Part shown: positions 25,066 through 37,537 of the stretch, one piece after another
Numbering within the stretch: position 1 is the first letter of the stretch
Layout of the letters: each line of letters begins with the position of its first letter
Source of the DNA: Eledone cirrhosa
Taxonomy: Eukaryota
Length of the DNA: 64,000 bases
Assembly: GCA_964016885.1 (NCBI GenBank)
Contig: OZ024743.1
Location: 168,950,001 to 169,014,000 of the forward strand
Reading direction: 5' to 3'
Position numbers and translations under genes: made by a program
Notes under the pieces: generated by a model
Database searches by the model: none
Seen by the model: only the letters and a program-made list of their open reading frames with translations
What the model was told of the DNA's origin: nothing

Positions 25066-28000
25066 AAAATCTCACAGCGGGTGGAGAAAGCCACGGAGGC
25101 TCAAATCCAAAGGGTCTTGGGGTGCGTCTGGGCACGCAAAACCCACATCACCCGAGGCAGAAAGTACGCCACAGTAGACGTACATTTCGCCACTCCCCAA
25201 GAAGCCAAGTCTCACTCTTTGGAAACCCTAAAGAGTGAGGAGATAGTCTTGGTGCCCTCCTACTGCGGGAAGAAAATTGTGAGGGTCAAAGCTAGTCAGA
25301 AAGCTAGAAGAGGGGTTTAGGACAGGCATCACAACCGACGTGCTTGCGGCGAGATTGGCTCTCGATCAAGTCTTCAACGCAAAACACGAAGGCTGCGTTT
25401 TCAGAGGTAGAGCGCTTGCTCTGAAACACGAGGGGACAAACGCCGTCCAATGGGCCCGGGTGGCAGAGGCGCGACGTGGCAACAAAGCCACAATTTGGTC
25501 TTTGTCTGACCAAAATGGGTGCGTGATGTTCGAACCCGAGCGTATGTGTGAAGCTTTTCAGCAGCACTTTGCTGAACTGTTCGGGAGCAGCGGCGGCCTG
25601 GATCGGGCATGGACGTCAGTGCATACCTCGACGGACTGCCTCGGCTCTCGAGTGTTGCGAAAAGCCAGTAACAGCCGATGAAATACGGGAAGCGATGGCT
25701 AACTGCACGAGGGGTAAATCGCCAAGTTTGGATGGTCTGCCCTACGAGCTTTATACATTTATGCCAGCCTTGTTCGGTGACCTCTTGGCAGACGTCTACT
25801 GCAACTGGTAGCAGAAAGGGACCATTCCCAGTTTTGTGAGCCGGGGAGCGGTGACGCTGCTGAGAAAAGACCCGAACAAGGGGGATGTTATCGATAATTT
25901 CAGGCCCATAACCCTGCTAAACGCAGAGTTAAAGATTTTGGCCAAGGTGTTAGCAACGTGGTTGGAGCTTGTCGTCAAGGCTCTCCTGGTAGAGGCGTAG
26001 CCATGCGCCATTCCGAACAGATCCAGACACGACAACCTCCACCTCATGCGATACATCATAGAGAGGGTGGTTAAGGAACCTGGCACGGGTGAGGCCCTGA
26101 TCAACTTGGATCAATCCAAAGCATTTGATAGGTTCAACCATCGGTACCTGGCGGCGCTCCTTGAGGCAGCCGGTTTCGGGCCCGTTTTCAGGGGTTGGAT
26201 TGCACCGATGTACAGCGACATCTGCTCAGTTGTGATGGTGAACGGTCACCTGTCGCAGCCGTTCAGCATCATGCGCTCAGTCCGCCAGGGTTGTACACTC
26301 TCGTCCCTCTTGTACGTATTGATTCTCGAACCGTTACTGCACAAACTGGGGGAGATGAGGGGCGTCCCACGCGAACTAGGATGCGGGAAATCCTTGTCAG
26401 CTTTCGCCGACGACGTCACCATGCAGCTGTCGAACACCAGACCCGTCCATAAGCTCGACACCGCTCTCAAGGAATACGAAGCGGTGACAGGAACAAAGAT
26501 AAACCAGGAAAAGTCGGTGGGCTTTCAGCTCGGCACCTGAAGAGGCAAGTCCATGCCGTGCGACAGCGTCGTGGGGCGTTGGACGGACGGGCCGGTTAAA
26601 TTGCTCGGGGTCTGGTTCGGACCGGACATTCGGATGGAGAAAAACAGGAACGAGGTGACGAGCAAGGTGGCCTCCCCCACCCAGAAATGGTCCGAGAGGA
26701 AGCTGTCCCTGAAAGGCCGGGCGGAAGTGGCGAATGCATACATCGCATCCGTCATCTGCTACCGCCTCACCGTCGTCCCTTGCTCCGGCCCAACTCTCAC
26801 CAAAATGGAGCGCCTCCTCTTCCACTTTTTGTGGAAGGGACGCGCTCCCATGGTCAGACGATCCATCTGCTGTCAACACCCGTTGCATGGAGGACTGGGC
26901 ATGCCATGGCTGATGATACGCAAACATGCGCTGAGGCTGCGACATCTCTGGTTTTTCCTAGACGGTGAACAGGTGTGGTCGCCGTTCGCCAGGCACGTTT
27001 TCCCACAGCTCGTCTCCTTGACGGAGCTGCAGTCCTGGGTCAGAAAAAGACCGAGGGATAGCGCTTGGAAACTGGAATGTCTCCAGGCGCTCACTGCCCT
27101 CTGCCAGCTGGGCACCTGTTCGGTGGGACATCCAACTCGGCGTTCTATAGAGGACTAGGGGAGCGGAAGAGCGACGACGTTCCCGGAGAGATCCTGCGCG
27201 TCGAAGAAGATCAACTGTTTGCTCTCTTCCAGAGAACTTTCAGCCCAGCGCCTATGGATAACTTCCAAAAATCCCTGGCCTGGCAGTGCTACAAGGGAGC
27301 GCTTCCGGTTCGAGATAAGCTCTACAGGCACGGAAGTGCCGTCAGCCGAGCCTGTCCGAGATGCGCGCAGAGCGACGAAACCCTCGTGTACGCACTCGTT
27401 CAGTGCCCGAGCTGCTGACTTGTGGAGCTATGTCGAACAGTTGCTGTCGCGTGTAGGACTGATCTGGTTATCGACTGAGTCCATTGTGCAGATGGTCTCG
27501 CCGTCTTCCTTCGAGGAGGAGGGGCAGGCGCTTTTCATCTGCCTGGTGGCCATGGCGAAAGAGATTGGGTGGTGGACGAGGTTGAAAGGGTTAAATACAG
27601 ACACTTTCCTCATTAGGTGAATCCCTAATTAACCCTTTCAAGTTTCACTTGAAGAGGAAAATCAGGGTGGAGAGGCAAGTGCTGCCTTCTAGCAAGTTTG
27701 TTGAAAGGTGGGTGAATGTAGCGAGAATGGTCCGAGTGAACGGGACCGCTCTGAATATACGTCTGTAGTTTGAGAAATGGAAAAGTCGAGAGAGGGCGCT
27801 TGCCCTGGTGGTCAGGGTGGCCGTGGTCTTTTGTGTGGTTTTCGCCACGAGTAACCCTAGGAGGTTTCCCCCCTATCGGGGAATTTTTCATTTTTCACTT
27901 TTCATTTTTATTGTTTATATATATATATATGTTTCTATGTCCTTTTTTCTTTTCTTATATAAATAATAAAAATCTTTAGACGCACAAAACCCACATCGTA

Positions 28001-28075
28001 CCGTCCTGTACCGTCCTTTGCCGTCTGTAATGTTTTTTCTTGATGTCAGCCCTTGTGGCCAATAGAGAAATCATT
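25066..28075 (+). mobile_element. Tx1-like LINE, internally deleted (short ORF1 piece fused to the 3' part of ORF2)
   Basis: LVPSYCG ORF1 motif, then DQSKAFDR, VRQGC.LS, FADD, CPRC. Tail runs into (tta)n. Confidence 0.88.
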
Positions 28076-28112
28076 ATTATTATTAATATTATTATTATTA
28101 TTAATATTATCA

Positions 28113-28630
28113 TTCCTTTAGCCGGGAAGGGCAGGCAGTTTTTATCTGTCTGGTGGCCATGGCGAAAGAGATAGTATGGTGTACACGTTTGAAAGGGCTG
28201 AAGACGAGCACTTACCTCTTCGGTGATGCCCTGATTAACTTTTTCAAATTTCGTTTGAAAAGGAAAATCCGGGTAGAAAGGGAAGTGCTCTCTTCCCAGC
28301 ATTTTGTTGAAAGATGGGTGAGAGAGGCAAGCATGGCCCGAGTCAATGGGTCTACTCTGAGTATGTGTCTGTAAATTAAAGGTGGAAAACTGGGATAGGG
28401 CACTTGCCCTGGTGGTCAGGGTCACTGTGGCTTTTTAATGGGCTTTCTCCACCAATGTCCCTCGGAAGTCTCCCCCCTATTGGGGAATTTTTTCATTGTT
28501 CTATTATTACATCCTCTGTTTCTTGTTTTTTTACACACAGAAATGCTCATTTGTACCGCCCTTTATTGTCCTGTACTGTCATTAATGTCTACTTTATGTA
28601 AACCCTTGTGGTTAATAAAAAAAAAATCAT
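28113..28630 (+). mobile_element. Tx1-like 3' fragment ending about 37 bp before the grh acceptor
   Basis: AMAKEIVWCTRLKGL..., tail cccttgtggttaataaa then (tta)n. Confidence 0.85.
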
Positions 28631-28666
28631 TATTATTATTATTAATATTATTATTATTATTATTAG

Positions 28667-28752
28667 TTATGTTGTACGTTCGAGAGCAAACAGAGAATAC
28701 ATTTACAGCACTGCTTCTGAGGACACCCACGGTTGAAGGCCTCTTAAGAGCA
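28667..28752 (+). CDS. grh: Grainyhead-family exon, start of C-terminal dimerization domain (VMLYVREQTENTFTALLLRTPTVEGLLRA)
   Basis: Strong match to GRHL [29 protein letters not shown]. Acceptor (tta)n-ttag, donor gtaagt. Phases 1 and 0 fit both neighbours. Confidence 0.92.
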
Positions 28753-28759
28753 GTAAGTA

Positions 28760-28809
<50 letters not shown>

Positions 28810-28811
<2 letters not shown>

Positions 28812-30330
28812 GTTCTTTGAGTCTCAGTCATTGATGTTAGTTAACTGGAAAGTTTGTTGAAATGAATATCAAGCCACTACCTGCATCCTCAGATATTCAG
28901 GACGTATCGGAGGGTTCTTGCTGTTCCCAGCATGCATGCCTTTTGAAGCGTTCCAAAAAATATGGTGTTTCAACCACTTCGTTTTGAGGGCCTGCTCTTT
29001 CGCAGCCATTAGCATTCCTTCTGTAGCCTTTTTAAGGTCTCCTCTTTTCAACCAGTTCCATGTCTGTGGATCTCTGAATTCAGTTTTCTCAAAGAAGGGA
29101 TTTTTCATGAAGGCTGCTCTTTCTCCTTGTTGTTATTTCCTCATTGGACATCCCCAGGTCTATTGTTCTCTCCTTCAGTACAATTCTGAGCATTGGCTCC
29201 TTACTATCAGTCACGTATTTGTGTAGGTTGTTTTTCTCCATCTGAACACAGTCCTCTATGCTGATAAGACATCTTCCACCTTCAGATCTCCTTAGGTAGA
29301 GTCTATCGACATCACTCCTCTTGTGGAACGTGTAGATAGTCAATAGTTTCCTAGTCTTCCTATCCATTTCTTTTTGTTAAGCAACATTCCATCTCAGAAT
29401 TCGCGCACTGTACCTAATAATAAACACAGCTCGGGAATTTACTGCACTTATGACATTCCTACTGTTCACATGTGACTTTAATACGCTCCTTACTCTCCGA
29501 ATGTATTCAGATCTTATCAATTCCTTCATTCATTTTTTTGTTCTTGATGTCATGAGCCTCCAGAATACCCAAATACTTGTATCCTTCTTCAGTGTCAATT
29601 TCCTTTATCATCTCACCTGTTGGTACCTGGATTCCGTTGCTTCTGCTCAATTTACCCCTTCTTCATCACAAGGACTCCACACTTACTAATACCAAATTGC
29701 ATACATATATCATGGCTGAAAATACGGACAGTGTCAACAAGCACAACCAACTCCCTCTCACTCTTCCCGAAGAGCTTAAGATCGTCCATGAAGAGGAGAT
29801 GTTTGATGGTAAGCTCTCATTTTCCCAACTTCTATCCTGCTCTCACTTTTCGCAGTATAATGGTCAGGGGCATCAGGGCAAGGACAAACAACAGAGGGGA
29901 CAGACTATCTCCCTGGAAGATACCTCTCCTGATCTTCACGCCTCCCAAGGATTCTCCAGCTGATGTTAACTCTGTTTTCCAGGACTTCATACTTTTGCCC
30001 AACATCTGTCTGATGTTATCTGCCACCTTGAAGATCTCTAGGCTTTTGGTGATCCAAGAATGTGGCACCATGTCAAATGCCTTTTTGTAGTCTATCCATC
30101 CCATGGCAAGACCAGTGTGCCTCTCTTGCAATTCCTCATTACCATCTTATCAATAAATAACTGGTCCTTTGTACCACGGGACTTCTTTCGGCATCCTTTC
30201 TGTTCGTCCGGTAACAAGTTGTTTGTGTGGAGGTGATGATAGATTTCCTCAGACATAATGCTTGTCAACAGTTTCCACATTACGGACAGACATGTGATAG
30301 GTCTATAGTTGGTAACATCATTACCCTTGA
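28810..30330 (-). mobile_element. R4/Dong family A, 5'-truncated with internal deletion
   Basis: WIDYKKAFDMVPHSW, GIFQGDSLSP, FMDD. (TTA)n at both ends. Confidence 0.9.
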
Positions 30331-30349
30331 TTATTATTATTATTATTAT

Positions 30350-30868
30350 TACAGCTGCATTTATCTTGCTTTATGTTCATACGAGTTATCACCAAGTCAC
30401 AACCAGTGACCTCAAGAGACAACAAGGTCCGCCATATGCTAGAAAGAACATACATACTCACACATGCATCTTTAGGTGTTTAGACTTGTGATGTACTTAT
30501 ATTGACAGAATCTTCCTTAGTATATGGGCAGTTCCCATTAGTACTATCTTTTGTATTTCTCCTATACGCGGGTTTCCTGGGATTTGCGATAAGTAATCAT
30601 TAGACCCCTTAGGTATCATTCCTAGAGCACCTACAACCACTGGTATTGTTTTAGTTCTCAATTTCCACATTTTTCCAATTTCTATCTCCAGGTCCTTACA
30701 CTTGCTCAATTTGTCAAATGTTTTTATAGATACATTCTTGTCTATTGGAACGGACATATCAATTAGCAGGCATACCCTCTTTTTAAAGTCCTTCAGTATT
30801 ATATCAGGTCTATTTGCATCTATTTTTTTCGGTCTGTTTGGATGGTAAAGTTCCACAAGATTGAGATG

Positions 30869-30870
<2 letters not shown>
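30350..30870 (-). mobile_element. 3' fragment of another R4/Dong family (RLE domain)
   Basis: ANRPDIILKD...LLIDMSVP...VVVGALG...LMGTAHILRKILSI. Bounded by (TTA)n. Confidence 0.85.
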
Positions 30871-30897
<27 letters not shown>

Positions 30898-30899
<2 letters not shown>

Positions 30900-33800
30900 C
30901 TTTGAGTCTCAGTTATTGATGTTATTTAACTGCAACGTTTGTTGAAATGAATATCAAGCCACTACCTGCAGCCTCAGATATTCAGGACGTTTCGGAGTGT
31001 TCTTGCTGTTCCCAGCAAGCATGCCTTTTTAAGTGTTCCAAAAAGCGGGGCTGGACTAATTTTCTTTAACCATCCTTGGAAACTCTTTGAGATAGTATCT
31101 AGTGTGCCTATGAAAATCGGGACCACTTTGACTTCATGGCAGTTCCAAATCCTTTTTACGTCCCACTTTAAGTCCTGGTATCGGTTAATTTTCTCCCTCT
31201 TCTTCTCTTGTCGAATGGGCAGGCTACATCTACAATCGCGTACGATCTTTTTTCCTTGTCCAAAACCACCAGGTCATGTGTATTTTGTTCCAGTTTCTTG
31301 TCCGTCTGTATCCTAAAATCCCACAGCATCTTCATCTGATCGTTTTCTATCACCGACACTGGCTTATGCTCATACCACTTCTCATAATGTGGTAAATTGT
31401 TTACTTTGCATAGGTGCCAGTGGATCACCCTGCCCATCACATCATGTCTCCAGCCTTTATAGTGAGTCTGGGCTAGGTGTTTACTCTCGGATACAATGTG
31501 AGCCACAGTCTCCTCTCTCTCTCCCCAGATCCTACACAGTGGACTAGCCTCCTCTTTGTAAATATGGTGTTTCACCCACTTTGTTTTGAGGGCCTGCTCT
31601 TTCGCAGCCATTAGCATTCCTTCTGTAGCCTTTTTAAGGGCTTTTCAACCAGTTCCATGTCTTTGGATCTCTAAATTCAGTTTTATCAAAGAAGGTACTA
31701 TGAAGGGATATTTCATGAAGGTTGCTCTTCCTCCTTGTTGTTATTTCCTCCTTGGACATCCCCTGGTCTATTGTCCTCTCCTTCAGTACAATTCTGACCA
31801 TTGGCTCCCTACTGTCAGTCACGTATTTGTGTAGAATGTTTTTCTCCATCTGAACACAGTCCTATATGCTGATAAGACCTCTTCCACCATTAGATCTCCT
31901 TAAGTAGAGTCTATCGACATCACTCCTTTGTGGAACATATTGTAGATAGTCAATAGCTTCCTAGTCTTCCTATCATTTCTTTTTGTTCAGCAACATTCCA
32001 TTTCAGAATTCCCGCACTGTACCTAATAATAGACACAGCTCGGGACTTTACTGCACTTATGGCATTCCTACTGTTTAGATGTGATTTCAATACGCTCCTT
32101 ACTCTCCGAAAGTACTCAGATCTTATCAATTCCTTCATTTTTTTTTCGATGTCATCTGCCTCCAGTACACCTAAATATTTGTATCCTTCTTCAGTGTCAA
32201 TTTCCTTTATCATCTCACCTGTTGGTACCTGGATGCCGTTGCTTCTGCTCAATTTACCCCTTCTTCATCACTAGGACTCCACACTTACTAATACCAAACT
32301 GCATACATATATCATTGCTGAAAATACGGACATTGTCAACAAGTACATCCAACTCCTTCTCAGTCTTCCCGAAGAGCTTAAGATCATCCATGAAGAGGAG
32401 GGGATTGATGGTAAGCTCTCCTTTTCCCAACTTGTATCCTGCTCTCACTTTTCGCAGTATAATGGTCAGGGGTATCAGGGCAAGGACAAACAACAGAGGG
32501 GACAAATTATCTCCGTGGAAGATACCTCTCTTGATCTTCACGCCTTCCAAGGATTCTCCCCCCCCCCCCCTATGTTAACTCTGTTTTCCAGGACTTCATA
32601 CTTTTGCTCACCAACTGTCTGATGTTATCTGCCACCTTGAAGATCTCTAGGCTTTTGGTTATCCAAGAATGAGGTACCATGTCGAATGTCTTTTTGTAGT
32701 CTATCCCTCCCATGGCAAGACCAGTGTGTCTTCTCTTGCAATTTCTCATTACCATGGGACTTCTTTCGGCATCCTTTCTGTTCCTCCGGTAACAAGTTGT
32801 TTATGTGGAGGTGATGGTAGATTTCCTCAGACATAATGCTTGTTAACAGTTTCCACATTACGGACATACATGTGATAGGTCTATAGTTGGTAACATCATT
32901 ACCCTTGATTCCGTCTTTCATTACCAGAACTCTGGTACCTCATCTGACATCAAGCAGTCATTGAACATGGTTGTCAGTTTCGGGTGGAGGGATGTTATAT
33001 TTTTAATAACAATACCCCTGCACACCAACCGGGCCTGGTGATTTCCAGTTGGTTAGTATTTTGGCCTGCCCTTTAAGAGTTTCAACTGTGATACTCAAAT
33101 CAGTTTGTTAGTGTGCTTGTTCACTAATCTCCTTTTGTACTGTCTCAATCCACACTGCCTGATCATTATGTTCAACATCCTTCTCCCATATTCCTCTCCA
33201 GAATGTCTTAGTCTATTCCGCCTCAGGGATCAAGTCGTTGCCTCTTTCTTTCCCTTCAAGCTGTCCAAACAACATATTCTGGTTGTTGTCAAACATGCGG
33301 TTCTGTCTATACTGACTGACTCTTCTCTTGGATCGCCTAATCTTTGCTCTCTTTGCTACAATGCGTTGCTTCATTTCCTTTATGATAATATTTAGCTTTT
33401 TCCTCCAGTCTATTTTTAGTGTCTATGTTTTGTATTGTCCCATTCAGTAGGGACTCAAGCTTTCCAACGTCATTTCTCATTTCCTTGATTTGACCATTCA
33501 GTCGTTTCTTCCAACAAGGTTCTGATCTTTCTTGTTTGTTATTTCCTCTCGTTTTTGTGCCAAGTAATTTCCTCACCGCATTTGCTGTTGCTTTGAGGAT
33601 ATTGTTGCATTGGTGAAGGTTCCTCGCCTCAAGGTATGGTATGACTTTGTTTACCTTAGCTGTTGTTTCTTTCAACTTTTTCTTGTCTACAAATCTTAGG
33701 TTCATAGGTTTCCCACTATCATTGTTAATTTCATCTACCACTAAGTTTGGGATATCAACCAAATCTTGTTCTAGCCCGTCAGCATTCATTTCTTCCATGA

Positions 33801-34795
33801 CCGTATCTTTGTTCCAGGTATTATTGTCGATAAAATAAAGTACCAGTAATACACTGGGTAATTGCTGGCCTTGTGCCTAACGTAGAAACAATTATTCATT
33901 TCAGCATTCAGATGATTGTCTGCTTCGGATGCTTTCTCCGTTCTCTCAACCTATTCACCTTCATTTCCCACAGGCTCGTTTGTTTGGCATACTCCACCCT
34001 CCATTTCCAACCTAATCTCTCTGCTCAGTTCCTCCAGTTCCAGCTCGCTTATCCACCCATTAGTTCTTATTACCCGAGCCTGCCCGGCTAATTTTTGTTC
34101 ATCTAATTTAAATAGACCAATCTCGTTCCAGATGTTATGCCTCCGTTTCCTATAGCCTTTTGCCATGGGTTATTCTTCAGGTAACATTTCATTACAGTTC
34201 TATTCAATTCTTTCGTCCAGTTGGTTCTTGTCCCTTTCCTTCTTTTTTCTCCAACACCAGCAGTATTTGGATGACAGCCAGGTCCCTGCTGCTGGGCCAG
34301 GGAGCAGTTGCTGGGTGAGAGTCTTTCACATGATGTTCCAGTCTCCTTTTCACCGTTATTCGAACTGTTTAGGTTCGACATTAAACGCTCATATCGAGGA
34401 TTGGTGAATGTATGGTTACATAACCACCGGTGATTATATCAGCACTGGTGATGTTAGCGTGGCACCATCACGCTGTAGACGAACATAAATAAATAAACCA
34501 ATAAATAAATAAATAAATAAATAAAAACAAAAAAATAAACATAAGTTTCATTGTAATATTTGAATATCTGACTTAGTTTTTTTAATTTTTATTTTTGTTT
34601 TTCAAGGCTAGTAACATCGGTTACTAGTGTTGTTGTTGCTGCTGCTGCTGTTTTTTATTTTAGCTACGCTATGCTCGTAGTCATAGCAACGAGGGAGGTA
34701 GGGATGTTGCGTTCAAAACTTTTGAAATTTGTTTTTCTTTTGATGTTGCGTTTGTTTTTGTCTGTGTTCTGTAATTTTTCGACTTGTTGCTTATC
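30898..34795 (-). mobile_element. R4/Dong family A, near full length but decayed (N-terminal Myb-like region, RT, RLE, 5' UTR)
   Basis: RTNWTKELN..VMKCY, EQKLAGQARVIRTNGWISELELEEL N-terminus, plus RT and RLE motifs. Interrupted by a SINE tail at about 33825-33895. Confidence 0.88.
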
Positions 34796-34799
34796 ATTA

Positions 34800-35465
34800 T
34801 TATTCTTTGCCTAAAATAAAGTACCAGTAATGCACTGGGTAATTTGCTGGCCTTGTGCCTAACGTAGAAACAATTATTATTCTTTGCCTTTGGCAGTATC
34901 AGTAGAGAGTCGGACGCCATACTTTCCAGCATAGTTACGTCCCTTTACGATCTGAGTTCAAATCCCGCCGAGGTTGACTTTGCCTTTCATCCTTAGGGGG
35001 TCGATAAAATAAAGTGCCAGTAATGCACTGGGTAATTGCTGGCCTTGTGCCAAAAGTAGAAACAATTATTATTCTTTGCCTTTCTACGGGGTCGAGAAAA
35101 TAAAGTACCAGTAATGCACTGGATAATTTTCTGGCCTTGTGCCAAAAGTAGAAACACTTATTATTATAAGGTTAACTTTGCCTTTCATCCTTCCGGGGTC
35201 GATAGAATAAAGTACCAGTAATGCATTGTGTAATTGTTGGCCTTGTGCCAAAAGTAGAAACAATTATTAAATGGCGGTGGATTGGCACTATCGGTAGAGG
35301 GTCGGACACCATGCTTTCCAGCATAGTTAAGTCCCTTTATGGCTTTGAGTTCAAATCGCGCCGAGGTTAATTTTGCCTTTCATCCTTACGGGGTCGATAA
35401 AATAAAGTATCAGTAATACACTGGGATAATTGCTGGCCTTGTGCCAAAAGTAGAAACAATTATTA
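34800..35465 (+). mobile_element. Head-to-tail cluster of about five tRNA-SINE copies and 3' halves
   Basis: ataaagtaccagtaatgcactgggtaattgctggccttgtgcc..agtagaaacaattatt recurs five times. Another tail at 36103-36160. Confidence 0.88.
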
Positions 35466-36189
35466 TTTGACATCGTTTAAACTAAACATTTTGAGAGAGT
35501 TTAGAGATACAACGACAATAATTATTATGGTGGTGTTGTTAGCTGTTTGACCGAGTCAGTAAATCAGTCTATTTATATCTTTTGGTAACTTTCTCCTTTC
35601 TAGTCATGTGTAGCGGCACTACTACCTTCCCTCTCTTAACAAGAGGTAGTGAGGGAATAGTGGTGGTATCGATGATGGAATGGTGACGGTGGTGATGGGG
35701 TACTGTAGTGATGGTGTTGTTGCCGCTGTTCGTTTGTCTCTAGCTAAATTTTTCTGGTAGTGGTGGTGGTGGCAGCGGTTGTGGTGGTGTTGGTGGTGAA
35801 ATTATTTGGCTGTTGTTTTCTTCTATTTGTGACCATTTGTAACCATTTTCTTTTTTAACTATAACATTTCTGATACAAAATTAAATATTTGAGCCATATG
35901 CCAGAGTTTTATGTATTGCCACTTCCTGAGAGCTAAGTCTTATGTCCCATTTGTAATAAGAATTTTTCTATCACAATTGTTTTAAATATGTAAAACATCA
36001 AAAACTTACGGGAGAGATTCCATAACACTCTATCCACCATGTGCGTTTCTTCCCTTATTATTATTATTATTATTATTATTATTGTTATTGTTATTATTAT
36101 TAAATAAAGTACCAGTAATGCACTGGGTAATTGCTGGCCTTGTGCCTAAAGTAGAAACAATTATTATTATTATTATTATTATTATTATT

Positions 36190-37537
36190 GTCCCGCCGCC
36201 TTCTTTTAGTCAAGTAAAGAAGGGGAGGCCATTTTTATATGTCTTGTGGTCACTGCGAAAGATGCTGTATGGTGGACACGCTTGAAAGGTTTGTAGACCA
36301 GCACTTTCCTATTTGGAGATGCCCTAATTAACTTCTTCGGATTCCACTTGAGGAGGGTAATAAAGATAGAGATAGAAGTGCTGTCTTCAAAGAAATTTGT
36401 TGAAAGGTGGGGCAGAGAAATGTGCATTTTCTGAGTGAATGGGCCTGCTCGGAGTGTAAGCCTGTTGATTGGAGGAGTACAACTGGGACAGGGCACTTGC
36501 CCTAAAGATCAGAATATTTGTGGTTTTATGGAGGTTTTCCACGAATGGCCTTCAAACGTCTCCTACTTATTAAGGAACCGTCTTTGATTTAATTGTATAG
36601 TAATCTTTTTTTTTAACTTTGTTAAAATTTTCTTACACGCAAAACCCACACACGATCACACACACATACACACACAATGTTTTCGTTCTGTCATAATGTT
36701 TTCTTCTTGATGTGGACCCTTTGTGGCTAGTGACATCTGTTCTGTGGTGAGAATGAACGGTCACCTTTCGGAACCGTTCAACATCAAGCGGTTGATTAGC
36801 CAAGGATGTCCCCTCTCGTCCATGTTGTACGTATTGCACAAACTGGAGACGTTGAGGAGCGTCCCGCGCGAACTAGGATGCAGGAAAACTGTATCAGCAT
36901 ATGCCGATGATGTCACCGTAGTGGTGTCGAATGCCAAACACATCGAAGCGATCGGAACTACACTAAGAGAATACGAGGCGGTGATAGGAGCAAGGATTAA
37001 CCAGGAGAAGTCAGTGGGCCTGCATCTCGGCACATGGACGGACGGACCGGTTAAATTACTAGGGATCTGGTTCGGTCCAGACCTCGAGACGGACAAAAAC
37101 TGGGTCGTGGTGACGAGCAGAGTGCCTCTCTCACCCAGAAATGAGCCGAGAGGAAGCTACCCCTGAATGGTCGAGCGGAGGTGGAGAATGGGTACATTGG
37201 GTCCGTCATCTACTACCCCCCTGACCATCATGTCTTGTCCTAAGCATCTCCTGGCTGTGCTGGAGCGTTTGCTCTTTCGCTTTTTGTGGAAGGAGTGCGC
37301 TCCGATGGTCAGGCGGTCCTTTTGCTGTCAACACCCGCTACGCGGTGGGCTGGGTAGCCGTGGCTGAGGATGCGCAAACATGCGCTCAGGCTACGGCAGC
37401 TCCACCTCTTCCTCGACGGTAATCAGGTGTGGTCGCCGTTTGCTAGACGCGTATTGCCCCAGCTCGTCTCTTTGACGGAGCTGCAGTCCTGGGTCAAGCG
37501 AAGACCAAGAGTGGGCGCTTGGAGACTGGAATCTCTC
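36190..37537 (+). mobile_element. Two Tx1-like fragments (a 3' end, then an RT segment)
   Basis: 3' UTR ends gacccttTgtggc at about 36728, then SDICSVVRMNGHLSEPF...QGCPLS...AYADDV. Confidence 0.82.

Noticed and set aside
28438-28860. 140 aa ORF with poly-Leu resembling a membrane protein
   Set aside because: The poly-Leu is (TTA)n. Only 28667-28752 is a real exon.
35272-35365. tRNA gene
   Set aside because: A and B boxes are present but there is no cloverleaf. It is a SINE head.
34800-35465. Regularly spaced repeats resembling a CRISPR array
   Set aside because: Tandem SINE 3' halves in eukaryotic DNA, with no unique spacers and no cas genes.
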